Assembly (NCBI GenBank): GCA_027058735.1
Contig: JALURZ010000070.1
Coordinates: 1-35,021 of the forward strand
Direction: 5' to 3'
Source: Hyphomicrobiales bacterium
GTDB lineage: Bacteria > Pseudomonadota > Alphaproteobacteria > Rhizobiales > JALURZ01
Length of the DNA stretch: 35,021 bases
In this document: piece by piece, positions 22,991 through 31,895 of the stretch
How positions within the stretch are numbered: position 1 is the stretch's first letter
How the letters are laid out: the number at the start of each line of letters is the position of its first letter
Notes under the pieces: generated by a model
Told to the model about the DNA's origin: nothing
Database searches by the model: none
Seen by the model: the letters and a program-made list of their open reading frames with translations, nothing else
Program-made: the position numbers and the translations under genes

Positions 22991-23745
22991 GCCCGTGCCT
23001 CCGCCATCAACGCGCGCATCCGTCCGATACTTTCCGCCAGACCGCAGAATATGGCCTCGCCAATCAGGAAATGTCCAATATTGAGTTCGACGATATCGCC
23101 GATCGCGGCCACCGGGCCGACGGTCGCAAAACTCAGACCATGGCCGGCGTGCACTTCCAGGCCAAGTCCCGCCGCGCCTGCGGCCGATTGGCGAATGCGT
23201 TCGAGTTCGCGCGCGGCACCCGCCGCGCCGCCCTCGCCAAACGCATCGCAATAGGTGCCGGTGTGAAATTCAACGATGTCGGCGCCAACGCCCCGCGCGG
23301 CCGCGATCTGGTTCTCGTCGGGATCGATAAACAGCGAAATCCGGATGCCGGCCTCGCGCAGCGCCGCAACAAACGGGGCCAGCAGGTCCATGCCGCCGGC
23401 CACATCGAGGCCGCCTTCGGTGGTCAGTTCCTCGCGCCGCTCGGGCACCAGGCAGCACGCGTTGGGCCGGTGGCGCAGCGCGATATCGAGCATTTCGGGG
23501 GTCGCGGCCATTTCCAGATTGAGCGGCAGGGCGATCTCGCGGCGCAGGGCCGAAATATCGTCATCGCCAATGTGACGGCGGTCCTCGCGCAGATGCGCCG
23601 TAATGCCGTCCGCGCCGGCTTCTTCGGCGTGTTTGGCGGCGCGCAGCGGCTCTGGATGCGTCCCCCCCCGCGCGTTGCGGATCGTTGCAACGTGATCGAT
23701 GTTGACGCCAAGCCTCAGGGTACCCGGCCTTGCTTTCCCGGTCAT
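22987..23745 (-). CDS. pdxJ: Pyridoxine 5'-phosphate synthase
   Basis: Start reassigned to ATG 23745 (252 aa, ATGA overlap with the upstream gene). [50 protein letters not shown]. Confidence 0.97.
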   Translation of the reverse strand: MTGKARPGTLRLGVNIDHVATIRNARGGTHPEPLRAAKHAEEAGADGITAHLREDRRHIGDDDISALRREIALPLNLEMAATPEMLDIALRHRPNACCLVPERREELTTEGGLDVAGGMDLLAPFVAALREAGIRISLFIDPDENQIAAARGVGADIVEFHTGTYCDAFGEGGAAGAARELERIRQSAAGAAGLGLEVHAGHGLSFATVGPVAAIGDIVELNIGHFLIGEAIFCGLAESIGRMRALMAEARA

Positions 23746-24410
23746 GTTTCCTTGCCTGCGACCGGGCGCCGGTCCGCGCCCTTGGCGACCGGCGGATTCG
23801 GCGCGGGCGCAACGGGTCCCGCCCTTCGCCTGCCGCGCTCCTGGCAGCGGGCAAGGGTCCTGCGCCGCTTGGCCTGATAGGCTTGAACGGCCCACCGGAC
23901 CGGAAAATAGCAGATTGTCGCGCCCAGGATACCGAGGGGAATTCCGCCCACCAGCATGGGCATGAAGACCGGCAGAACGCGATCTGAAAATTCCGTCCAC
24001 ACCGCGACCGGGTTCGTCATCATCGCGAACAGGGAAAGCGTTGGCATGTCGATTTCGCCCGGCGCCGGCCCTTCGCCGCCAAGTATGAACTTGCCGAGCG
24101 AATAGGCTCCATACCAGATGAACGGAAAGGAAACCGGATTGCCGACAAATGTTCCAAACGCGGAGGCAAGCAGATGCCCCCGGGTCAACATCGCGCCCAG
24201 AAAGCCGATTACGAAATGAAACCCCATCAGCGGTGTGAACGAGGCAAACGCCCCGCAGGCGAATCCCATCGCCACCTCATGGGGCGTTCCCGACATGCGC
24301 TTGACCCGCTGCCAGGCATAGCCGATCGTCCGCCTCCAGCCGGAGCGCGGCCACAACAAGGTCCGCAATTTCTCGGAAAAGCTGGGCTTTTCTCGTCTCT
24401 TGAACAACAT
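23742..24410 (-). CDS. DUF2062 family membrane protein
   Basis: MLFKRR...LWPRSGWRR...[13 protein letters not shown]...TPLMGFH...FVGNP. Position directly downstream of rel/spoT is typical in Hyphomicrobiales. Confidence 0.85.
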   Translation of the reverse strand: MLFKRREKPSFSEKLRTLLWPRSGWRRTIGYAWQRVKRMSGTPHEVAMGFACGAFASFTPLMGFHFVIGFLGAMLTRGHLLASAFGTFVGNPVSFPFIWYGAYSLGKFILGGEGPAPGEIDMPTLSLFAMMTNPVAVWTEFSDRVLPVFMPMLVGGIPLGILGATICYFPVRWAVQAYQAKRRRTLARCQERGRRRAGPVAPAPNPPVAKGADRRPVAGKET

Positions 24411-24432
24411 AACACGTCTGCTTCTTGCACTT

Positions 24433-24469
24433 CTGATCGGCCGGAAAACCGGTGTTCCGGGCCGATCAG
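24433..24469 (-). other. Stable hairpin overlapping the rel/spoT stop codon
   Basis: CTGATCGGCC (24433-24442) / GGCCGATCAG (24460-24469) perfect 10-bp stem extended by GGAA/TTCC. No U-tract on the minus strand. Confidence 0.5.
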
Positions 24470-26766
24470 CCGACGAGCCGCGTTGCGGAATTGACCGCGG
24501 GCTGTCTGCGTATCTCTGAAAGAATACGATTCAAATGTTTAAGACTCCATATCTCTATCTCCAAATGCATCTCGAAAAAGTCGGCCGCCCGCATCGGGAT
24601 CGAGAGATTTGAGATATTGCCGTCCTGCTCGCCGATCACGCTCGCCAGGCCAGCGAGCGCGCCCGGCTCATTCATCAACACAACGCTGATGCGCGCAGGA
24701 AACCTCACCTTGTCGTCTTCATCCACGTCCCAGGCAAGATCGACCCAGCGTTCGGGCTCGTCTTCAAACCCGGCCAGCGCTTCGGCCTGTATCGGATAGA
24801 CCGTGATGCCCTCGCCAGGCGTCACGATCCCGACGATCCGGTCGCCGGGCACCGCCCCCCCGTCCGGGGAGAATTTCAACGGCAGATCGCGCCCGTGCCC
24901 GCGGATTTTCAGCACCCGGCCGTCATCGGATTTCGTTTTGTCCCTGTTTTTCGCTTTTCGCGACCTGGCGCCAAACCGCGGCGCAAGTTTGATGGCGTTG
25001 CCCAGCTTGTACCACCGCTCGCGGGTGCCGGCGGACGGCGGCGGGGCGGGGGTTGTTTTTGCAGCATCCTTTACAGCGCCCGCGGCGTTGGCCCTGCCGG
25101 CGGGGTTCGGTATCAGGTTGGCGATTTCACGTGCCGCCAGTTCACCGCGGCCGATGGCCGCAAGCGCGTCCTCCACATCGCTCCAGCCCAGTTGCCTGAC
25201 CGCCTTTACAAGGTCGGCGTCGTGAAGCAACCGCTCCTTGCGGCTCAGGACGCGGCCCAGGATCTCGCGGCCCAGTCCCGCATATTGCCGGCGCACCGCC
25301 GCCCGGGTCGCGCGGCGGATGGCGGCCCTGGCCTTTCCCGTCGCCGCATAGGATTCCCACGCCGCCGGCGGCGTCTGCGCATTGGAGCGCACGATGTCGA
25401 CTTCATCGCCATTGTCCAGTTGCGTAATCAGCGGCGCGCTGCGCCCGTTGATCCGGCAGCCGACGCAACTGTCGCCGACATCGGTATGCACCGCATAGGC
25501 GAAATCAATGGGGGTCGCCCCGCGCGGCAGGGCGATCAGATGCCCCTTGGGGGTGAAGCAGAAAACCTGGTCCTGAAACAGTTCGAGTTTCGTGTGTTCA
25601 AGAAACTCGACCGGCCCCGCGCCTTCCGAAAGCATGTCAATAAGCTGGCGCAACCAGCGATACGCGTTGGTATCCTTGCCGTTGGCCTTGGCCAGGGGAA
25701 CCGCACCCTTGGCCCCGTTGCCCGCCCCGTTGACGGCATCCTTGTAAAAGGCATGGGCCGCAATCCCGCGCTCGGCGACATCGTGCATCCGGTGGGTGCG
25801 GATTTGCAGTTCCACGCGCTGGCGCCCCGTCCCGATCACCGTGGTGTGGATCGAGCGATAGTCATTCTGCTTCGGGTTCGACACATAGTCCTTGAACCGC
25901 CCCGGCACCATGCGCCAGGCCTGGTGAACGATGCCCAGCGCCCGGTAACAGTCATCCTCGCTGTCCACGATCACCCGGAACCCGAAAATATCGGAAAGCT
26001 GCCCCAGCGATATGGTCTGGCGCTGCATTTTGCGCCAGATGGAACAGGGACGTTTTTCGCGCCCCTGAACCAGCGCCTTGATGCCGCCGGCGGCGAGCCG
26101 CTCCTTGAGTTCGTTCTCGATTTCGATGAGCAGGTCGCCGTTTTCCGCGCGCAGCGCCTCAAGCCGGCTGACGATGGTGGCGCGCGCCTCCGGGTCGATG
26201 ACCCCGAAGGCCAGGTCTTCCAGTTCCTCGCGCATCTGCTGGATGCCCATGCGCCCGGCCAGCGGGGCGTAGATATCCATGGTTTCATGCGCGATGCGCT
26301 CGCGCTTTTGCGGACTGACGAATTCCAGCGTCCGCATGTTGTGCAGCCGGTCGGCAAGCTTGACCAGCAGGACGCGGATATCATCGGCCACGGCAAGCAG
26401 CAGCTTGCGCAGATTTTCCGCCTGGGCTGCTTCCTTCGACATCAGATCGAGACGCCAGATCTTGGTCAGGCCATCGACCAGCGACCCGATTTCATCGCCG
26501 AACAGTTCATTGATTTCAGATTGGGTCGCGGATGTATCCTCGATCGTGTCGTGCAGCAGCGCGGCGGCGATCGTCGCGTCGTCCAGCTTCAGATCCGTCA
26601 GGATCGCCGCCACTTCGAGAGGATGGGAGAAATAGGGATCGCCGGACGCACGAACCTGCGAACCATGCGCCTTCATGGCGTAGACATAGGCTCTGTTCAA
26701 CAGCGCTTCATCGGCGGACGGATCATAGGCGGTGACCCGTTCCACCAGTTCATACTGGCGCATCAT
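24466..26766 (-). CDS. spoT: Bifunctional (p)ppGpp synthetase/hydrolase (long RSH, Rel/SpoT)
   Basis: 766 aa. Intact HD hydrolase (RASGDPYFSHP, LLHDTIED, KLADRLHNMRT), synthetase (RFKDY, YRSIHT, ELQIRT), TGS (FTPKG; DFAYAVHT), C-terminal ACT domain. Confidence 0.97.
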   Translation of the reverse strand: MMRQYELVERVTAYDPSADEALLNRAYVYAMKAHGSQVRASGDPYFSHPLEVAAILTDLKLDDATIAAALLHDTIEDTSATQSEINELFGDEIGSLVDGLTKIWRLDLMSKEAAQAENLRKLLLAVADDIRVLLVKLADRLHNMRTLEFVSPQKRERIAHETMDIYAPLAGRMGIQQMREELEDLAFGVIDPEARATIVSRLEALRAENGDLLIEIENELKERLAAGGIKALVQGREKRPCSIWRKMQRQTISLGQLSDIFGFRVIVDSEDDCYRALGIVHQAWRMVPGRFKDYVSNPKQNDYRSIHTTVIGTGRQRVELQIRTHRMHDVAERGIAAHAFYKDAVNGAGNGAKGAVPLAKANGKDTNAYRWLRQLIDMLSEGAGPVEFLEHTKLELFQDQVFCFTPKGHLIALPRGATPIDFAYAVHTDVGDSCVGCRINGRSAPLITQLDNGDEVDIVRSNAQTPPAAWESYAATGKARAAIRRATRAAVRRQYAGLGREILGRVLSRKERLLHDADLVKAVRQLGWSDVEDALAAIGRGELAAREIANLIPNPAGRANAAGAVKDAAKTTPAPPPSAGTRERWYKLGNAIKLAPRFGARSRKAKNRDKTKSDDGRVLKIRGHGRDLPLKFSPDGGAVPGDRIVGIVTPGEGITVYPIQAEALAGFEDEPERWVDLAWDVDEDDKVRFPARISVVLMNEPGALAGLASVIGEQDGNISNLSIPMRAADFFEMHLEIEIWSLKHLNRILSEIRRQPAVNSATRLVG

Positions 26767-26832
26767 GACACGCCACTCCCATCTGTGCGGGGCGCAGAGG
26801 GTGGTTGCAGATACTCAGGGGATAGCGTTTCC

Positions 26833-27100
26833 CTAGAGCGTGTCCTTGTTATACGGAACCATTTGATGGACCAGATCAGGTCACTCGGCCAGGCGCGAAC
26901 CGCCGCGCGGTCTGGTTGACCGGGCAAGGTTCGCAACGCCGCCGATGGGCTGATCCGGCCCACCGGGGGGAAGGGTTTTCGCGCTTTCTGGACATCGTCA
27001 GGCTTTCCTTTCGGTCGGCCAGACCAAGGCCGGAAGCCTGCCTTGCCAGCAAACGCGAAAATCCGGTCAAATGATTCCATATAACAAAGACACGCTCTAG
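26833..27100. mobile_element. 268-bp MITE-like non-autonomous element with 34-bp terminal inverted repeats
   Basis: Left end CTAGAGCGTGTCCTTGTTATACGGAACCATTTGA (26833-26866) versus reverse complement of 27067-27100, CTAGAGCGTGTCTTTGTTATATGGAATCATTTGA: 31/34 identical. CTAG at both ends; no coding capacity. Confidence 0.85.
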
Positions 27101-27513
27101 TACCCGGTGCGCCCGCTTCCAGAAGACTCAAGCGGCGGCAGCCCTTCCAGACCACGCAGCAGATCTTCTTCCGTCATGCGATCCATGGGCTTTTCGGCAT
27201 CCGGCATATCGCCAGCCGCCTCTTCGGCGGCCTCTTCGCCAGGTGCGCTCAGGACTGGAACTTCATCAGGTTCTGGCTCGTCCACCTCGACATGTTTTTG
27301 CATGGAGTGGATCAAGTCCTCGCTCAAATCATCGGTGTTGATGGTCATTTCCGCGATCTCGCGCAACGCGACGACCGGGTTCTTATCATTGTCGCGCTCA
27401 ACGGTCAGCGGTGCGCCCTGCGAGATGGTGCGCGCACGGTGGCTGGCCAGCAACACCAGATCGAACCGGTTCGCGACCTTGTCAATGCAATCCTCAACGG
27501 TTACCCGTGCCAT
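27097..27513 (-). CDS. rpoZ: RNA polymerase omega subunit
   Basis: [28 protein letters not shown]...[14 protein letters not shown] with the acidic alphaproteobacterial C-terminal tail. AGGAG SD. Confidence 0.98.
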   Translation of the reverse strand: MARVTVEDCIDKVANRFDLVLLASHRARTISQGAPLTVERDNDKNPVVALREIAEMTINTDDLSEDLIHSMQKHVEVDEPEPDEVPVLSAPGEEAAEEAAGDMPDAEKPMDRMTEEDLLRGLEGLPPLESSGSGRTGY

Positions 27514-27565
27514 CGGCAGGACTCCTGATCAAACTGATTGAAAAATATCGCCATAAGTTGGTCCC

Positions 27566-27594
27566 TATGTATGCATTCGCGTTTGCTAAAGCAA
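27566..27594 (-). promoter_or_regulatory. Candidate sigma70 promoter for rpoZ-spoT
   Basis: Minus strand TTGCTT-N17-TACATA about 50 nt upstream of rpoZ. Confidence 0.5.
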
Positions 27595-27648
27595 GCTTTA
27601 TTGCGCTGCGAAAAAGCCGCAACGCGGACGCTCGCGGGCGCGGCGGCC

Positions 27649-28158
27649 TCACCCCACGGCGCTCCCGGCCGGTCCGCTCACCCGCCCCTCGCGCGCGCGC
27701 ACACGATTGAGCATCTGCACCGGCGTCAGACCGTTGAGCGGATGATGCCAGCGCGGCGCAATTTCGCGCAGCGGCTCAAGAACAAATGCGCGTGCCGCGA
27801 TCTCAGGGTGCGGCAGGATCAGCCGCGAACACCCCCGCCTGATCACCCCGTGCCAGTCGAGAATGTCGATATCGAGCACGCGCGCGCCCCAGCGCCGCCC
27901 CCTCCTGCGCCCGGCCAGACGCTCGATCCGCTGACAGCGGGTCAACAGGGCCTCCGGCGGCACATGCGCCTCGATCGCCACGACACCGTTCACAAAGGCC
28001 GGCTGCCCGAGAACGCCCCATGGCGTGCTCGCGACCCAACTGGAGCGGCGGGCCACGGTGATGCCGGCGGCGCGCATGCAGGCCACGGCAAAATCGAGCG
28101 TATCGGCCGGCGCGCCGGCGCGTCCCGGCAGATTGGCGCCCAGGCCAAGCAGAATCAC
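27649..28158 (-). CDS. folK: 2-amino-4-hydroxy-6-hydroxymethyldihydropteridine diphosphokinase (HPPK)
   Basis: ILLGLGANL, QPAFVNGV, RRWGARVLDIDIL, LILPHPEIAARAFVLEPL. GTG start. Confidence 0.93.
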   Translation of the reverse strand: MILLGLGANLPGRAGAPADTLDFAVACMRAAGITVARRSSWVASTPWGVLGQPAFVNGVVAIEAHVPPEALLTRCQRIERLAGRRRGRRWGARVLDIDILDWHGVIRRGCSRLILPHPEIAARAFVLEPLREIAPRWHHPLNGLTPVQMLNRVRAREGRVSGPAGSAVG

Positions 28159-28346
28159 GGCAGCCGCCGCGCCACCGCGGCGGCCCGCATCCTTGCCTCC
28201 CCCCGCCGCGATGGTGCATAGGATGGCGGGACAATCGCAACGGAGGCGCCGGGACGCGCGCCGCCACAGGCGCCCCGGCCCGGCCGCGGCCGCTGAATTT
28301 TCGGAAAGAAACTTGATTTATATATGCTTTTCAAAGGTTTACACAA

Positions 28347-28949
28347 ATGTACTTTTATCCCGAAGAACGCCTCGCCGTGTTCATAGACGGCGCCAATCTC
28401 TATGCCTCCGCCAAGGCGCTTGATTTTGACATCGACTACAGGCGCCTGCTCGACATGTTCCGCACCAAAAGCCAGCTCGTGCGCATGGTCTACTATACCG
28501 CCATCATTGAAGATCAGGACTATTCGCCGATCCGCCCGCTCATCGACTGGCTCGACTACAACGGCTATACCATGGTGACCAAGCCGACCAAAGAATTTAC
28601 CGACGCGGCAGGCCGGCGCAAGATCAAGGGCAACATGGACATCGAACTGGCCGTCGATGTCATGGAAATGTCCGCGGCCCTCGATCATGTGGTGATCTTT
28701 TCCGGCGACGGGGATTTCCGCGCCCTGGTCGAGGCGGTGCAGCGCAAGGGAAAACGGGTCAGCATCATATCGACCATGGCCAGCCGCCCGCCGATGGCGG
28801 CCGACGAATTGCGGCGGCAGGCCGACCACTTCATCGACCTTGCCGACCTGAAAGACGAGATCGGCCGGCCCATGAGCGAGCGTGCGCCGCGCGATGACGA
28901 TATGCCCGAGCGCGCGATCCACCCCGGCGAGACCGGCGCGGACCTGTAA
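28347..28949 (+). CDS. NYN domain (LabA/DUF88, PIN-like) protein
   Basis: FIDGANL, KGNMDIELAVD, FSGDGDF, LRRQADHFIDL acidic PIN-fold motifs. Confidence 0.93.
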   Translation: MYFYPEERLAVFIDGANLYASAKALDFDIDYRRLLDMFRTKSQLVRMVYYTAIIEDQDYSPIRPLIDWLDYNGYTMVTKPTKEFTDAAGRRKIKGNMDIELAVDVMEMSAALDHVVIFSGDGDFRALVEAVQRKGKRVSIISTMASRPPMAADELRRQADHFIDLADLKDEIGRPMSERAPRDDDMPERAIHPGETGADL

Positions 28950-29608
28950 TGGCGAGGCTGCCGGAAGACGGGGCGGCGGCGCCCGGCGGTCCGCCTTCCG
29001 ATTGCCGCAAATGCGGCAGGCTTGCCGCTTTTCGCGATGATCTGCGCGCGCGCGAACCCGCCTGGTTCAACGCGCCCGTGCCCTCGTTCGGCGATGCCGC
29101 CGGGCGCCTGCTGATCGTCGGGCTCGCGCCCGGCATGAGGGGGGCGAACCGGACCGGGCGGCCCTTCACCGGGGATTTTGCCGGCGACCTGCTGTATGAA
29201 ACCCTCGCCAGATTCGGCTTCGCCAACGGCAAATATCGCGCCGCATGCGATGACGGGCTGGCCCTGAACGACTGCCTCATCACCAACGCGGTGCGCTGCC
29301 TGCCGCCCCGCAACAAGCCGGTTGGCGCCGAAATCCGCCAGTGCGGCGCCTATCTCAGGGCAACGATCGAAGCGATGCCGAATCTGCGGGTGCTGCTGGC
29401 GCTGGGGCGCATTGCCCACGACGCCACCTTGTCATCGCTTGGCAGGAAACGCAGCGCCTGTGCATTCGGCCATGGCGCGTGTCATGAGTTCGGGTCGCTC
29501 GTTCTTTTCGACAGCTATCACTGCTCGCGCTACAACACCAACACCCGCCGGCTCACGGTGGAGATGTTCGAGGCGGTATTCGAAAAAATTTCCGCCCGGC
29601 TTGCCTGA
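28949..29608 (+). CDS. Uracil-DNA glycosylase, family 5 (UdgB-like, 4Fe-4S)
   Basis: CRKCGRL, GLAPGMRGANRTGRPFTGD, NAVRCLPPRNKP...EIRQC, YHCSRYNTNT. TAATG coupling with the NYN gene. Confidence 0.92.
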   Translation: MARLPEDGAAAPGGPPSDCRKCGRLAAFRDDLRAREPAWFNAPVPSFGDAAGRLLIVGLAPGMRGANRTGRPFTGDFAGDLLYETLARFGFANGKYRAACDDGLALNDCLITNAVRCLPPRNKPVGAEIRQCGAYLRATIEAMPNLRVLLALGRIAHDATLSSLGRKRSACAFGHGACHEFGSLVLFDSYHCSRYNTNTRRLTVEMFEAVFEKISARLA

Positions 29609-29704
29609 ATGTTGATGTATTTGCCGATTACGACTATGAAAGGCTTGAGCGCCGATCGAGCGCCGGGCAGAGAGTGCGGGCCATGGTGGCGTTCGGATAG
29701 GGCG

Positions 29705-30427
29705 ATGCGGGGTGCGAAGGTGAGGGTATCGCGTTTGGCGCAAGGGGGCCGGTACCGTCCGGGAACAGGGCTTTTGCGCCTCTGCTCCGCGCTGGGCCTT
29801 GCATTGCTGCTTGGCCTGTCGCCGGCCGGCGGCGCGGAGCGCGCCTCGGCGAATCAGCCGCTGTTGCCGCCAATGGCGCCTGAACGCGGCAAGGCCAATG
29901 CCGTCACGGTCTATGGCGGCGTCGCCGCCGTTACCGATTTCACCACCATCATCACCCAGCCCTGGCGCGTTGACTGGGTCAAGGTCCGGTTCATCGGTGC
30001 GAGCTATTCGCGGCGCATCGGCACTTTGCGTGATGTGTTCGGAAGCTGGGGCGAGAGTTTCGCCATCGAGGCCGAAGCGGGCGCCGGCCTCCGGTTCGGC
30101 TCCGAATCCCTTGGGGAATTCTGGGGCGCGGCCTATTTGCGGTTCGACGCTTTTCCCTGGAACGACATTGTCTATACCACCATCGCAGGCAGCCTCGGCC
30201 TCAATCAGCTGACCAGATCATCGCCCTATGAGCGGCGGCGCAATTCCGGGGGCAACAACTCCAATCTGCTGCACTACTTCGCGCCGGAAATCACGATTGC
30301 GGATCCCGACAACAAGGATCTTGAAGCGGTGTTCCGGCTGCACCACCGCTCCGGTGTTTTCGGCCTTTTCAACGGCGTGTCGACGGGATCGAACATTCTC
30401 ACGATCGGGGTGCGCAAGCGGTTCTGA
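29705..30427 (+). CDS. Exported outer-membrane beta-barrel protein, PagL/acyloxyacyl-hydrolase-like (start uncertain)
   Basis: Signal-peptide-like LLRLCSALGLALLLGLSPAGGA, amphipathic strands, RLHHRSG...GSN near the C-terminus, terminal Phe (GVRKRF). Start may be 29609, 29705 or TTG 29735. Confidence 0.72.
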   Translation: MRGAKVRVSRLAQGGRYRPGTGLLRLCSALGLALLLGLSPAGGAERASANQPLLPPMAPERGKANAVTVYGGVAAVTDFTTIITQPWRVDWVKVRFIGASYSRRIGTLRDVFGSWGESFAIEAEAGAGLRFGSESLGEFWGAAYLRFDAFPWNDIVYTTIAGSLGLNQLTRSSPYERRRNSGGNNSNLLHYFAPEITIADPDNKDLEAVFRLHHRSGVFGLFNGVSTGSNILTIGVRKRF

Positions 30428-30433
30428 AACGGC

Positions 30434-31141
30434 CTATCCGCCGAGATAGAGCCTTTGGACACGCGGGTCGGCGGCAAGCTCGCCGCCTTTGCCGGTGAGG
30501 CGGTTCTCGCCCTGCTCAAGAACATAGCCGCGCACCGAGATCGCCAGCGCCATGGCGGCGTTCTGTTCGACCAGCAACACCGAGACGCCGCGATCGCCCA
30601 TTGCCCTGATGCCGGAAAATATTTCCCCCACCGCATCTGGCGCCAGGCCGAGCGAGGGTTCATCGAGCAACACCAGCGCCGGATCGAGGAGATCTATGCG
30701 CGCCAGCGCGAGGCGCTGACGCTGGCCGCCGGAAAGAGCGTGCACCGCCCCGTGCTGGCGCGCGCGCATCCAGGGGTGGATATCCAGAACACGCTCGATG
30801 CGCTCCTTTAGCTGCCGGTTGTCGGCAATCTGGTGGCCGCCAAGCTCCAGGTTCTCGCGCAGGCTCATCTGATCGAACACATTGCGCCCCTGAGGTACGA
30901 ATATCAGCCCATCGGCGGTGTTTTCAGCACAAGATCGCCCGGATATTTCGCGCCCGTCGAAAACGATCCTGCCCTTGGTTGGCGCGATTTCGCCCGCGAT
31001 GGCGCGCAGAACCGTCGATTTGCCGGCGCCGTTGGGGCCGATCACGGCAACGATTTCACCAACGCCGACGTCAAGCGAGATATCGCGGATGACCGGCCGC
31101 GCGCCGTAGCCGGCGGTCAGGTTTTCAACTGTAAGCAGCAT
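30434..31141 (-). CDS. livF: Branched-chain-amino-acid-type ABC transporter ATPase (LivF-like)
   Basis: Start ATG 31141. GPNGAGKST, VPQGRNVF, LSGGQRQ, LLDEPSLGLAP, LLVEQN. Confidence 0.9.
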   Translation of the reverse strand: MLLTVENLTAGYGARPVIRDISLDVGVGEIVAVIGPNGAGKSTVLRAIAGEIAPTKGRIVFDGREISGRSCAENTADGLIFVPQGRNVFDQMSLRENLELGGHQIADNRQLKERIERVLDIHPWMRARQHGAVHALSGGQRQRLALARIDLLDPALVLLDEPSLGLAPDAVGEIFSGIRAMGDRGVSVLLVEQNAAMALAISVRGYVLEQGENRLTGKGGELAADPRVQRLYLGG

Positions 31142-31895
31142 GGGTCCCGGTCCCCAGATAGGCTTCGATGACGCGCTGTGACTTTTGCGCCTGGGCGAGG
31201 CTGCCCTCGAAGATGAGCCGGCCCGCATCCATCACCAGCACGCGGCTGCACAGTTGCGAAATGACGCTCATGTTGTGCTCGATGATGAAAAACTGAAGGC
31301 CCTGCCGGCTCAACTCCTTGATGGATTTCAGGATCTGCTTGATGAGGGCCGGATTGACGCCGGCGCTGGGTTCGTCGAGCAAGACGACCTTCGGTCTGGC
31401 GATCAGGAGGCGTCCGATCTCAAGCAGTTTCTGCTGGCCGTAGCTGAGATGTCCGGCCGGGGTACCGGACAGCGGATCAAGGCGAAGAAATTCAAGAATG
31501 GCATCGGCCTGGCCTTGCAGCGCGCGTTCCTGCCTGCGCACGGCGCGCGGCGCGAAAAAGACCGAGCGCAGACGCTCCCCCGATTGCCCCGGCGCAACCG
31601 CCAGCAGATTGTCGCGCACGCTCATGAAGGGCAGCACGCGGGCGAACTGAAAGGTGCGCGCGATTCCAAGGGCGCTTATCTTGTGCGGCGCCAGCCCGGT
31701 GAGCGGCGTCCCGGCGAGCGACAATTCGCCCCGGTCCGCGCCATAAAACCCGGACAGACAGTGAAACAACGTGCTCTTGCCCGACCCGTTGGGGCCGATC
31801 AGACCGGTAATCGGGGTGTCGGCGAGCGCGAAACTGACGTCGTCAACGGCGGTGAGGCCGCCGAATGTCTTGGTGATGTTGCGGGCTTCCAGCAT
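31125..31895 (-). CDS. livG: Branched-chain-amino-acid-type ABC transporter ATPase (LivG-like)
   Basis: Start ATG 31895. KTFGGLTAV, GPNGSGKST, GIARTFQ, LSYGQQK, LLDEPSAGVNP, IEHNM, VIEAYLG. Confidence 0.9.
   Translation of the reverse strand: MLEARNITKTFGGLTAVDDVSFALADTPITGLIGPNGSGKSTLFHCLSGFYGADRGELSLAGTPLTGLAPHKISALGIARTFQFARVLPFMSVRDNLLAVAPGQSGERLRSVFFAPRAVRRQERALQGQADAILEFLRLDPLSGTPAGHLSYGQQKLLEIGRLLIARPKVVLLDEPSAGVNPALIKQILKSIKELSRQGLQFFIIEHNMSVISQLCSRVLVMDAGRLIFEGSLAQAQKSQRVIEAYLGTGTHAAYS

Noticed and set aside
22991-23251. 87-aa N-terminal extension of AcpS from ATG 23251
   Set aside because: It lies wholly within pdxJ in another frame and is low-complexity and Arg-rich. The family N-terminus and SD point to 22990.
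24895-26919. 674-aa plus-strand ORF opposite rel/spoT
   Set aside because: Antisense shadow with no recognisable motifs.
26763-27155. 130-aa and 64-aa minus-strand ORFs across the rpoZ-spoT spacer (possible transposase fragment or leader peptide)
   Set aside because: They read through the inverted-repeat element, and show no DDE or HTH features and non-coding-like composition.
28347-29608. NYN nuclease plus UDG pair as a novel defence or repair system
   Set aside because: To my knowledge the rpoZ-folK-NYN-udg neighbourhood is common core gene order in Alphaproteobacteria. No defence-island context here.
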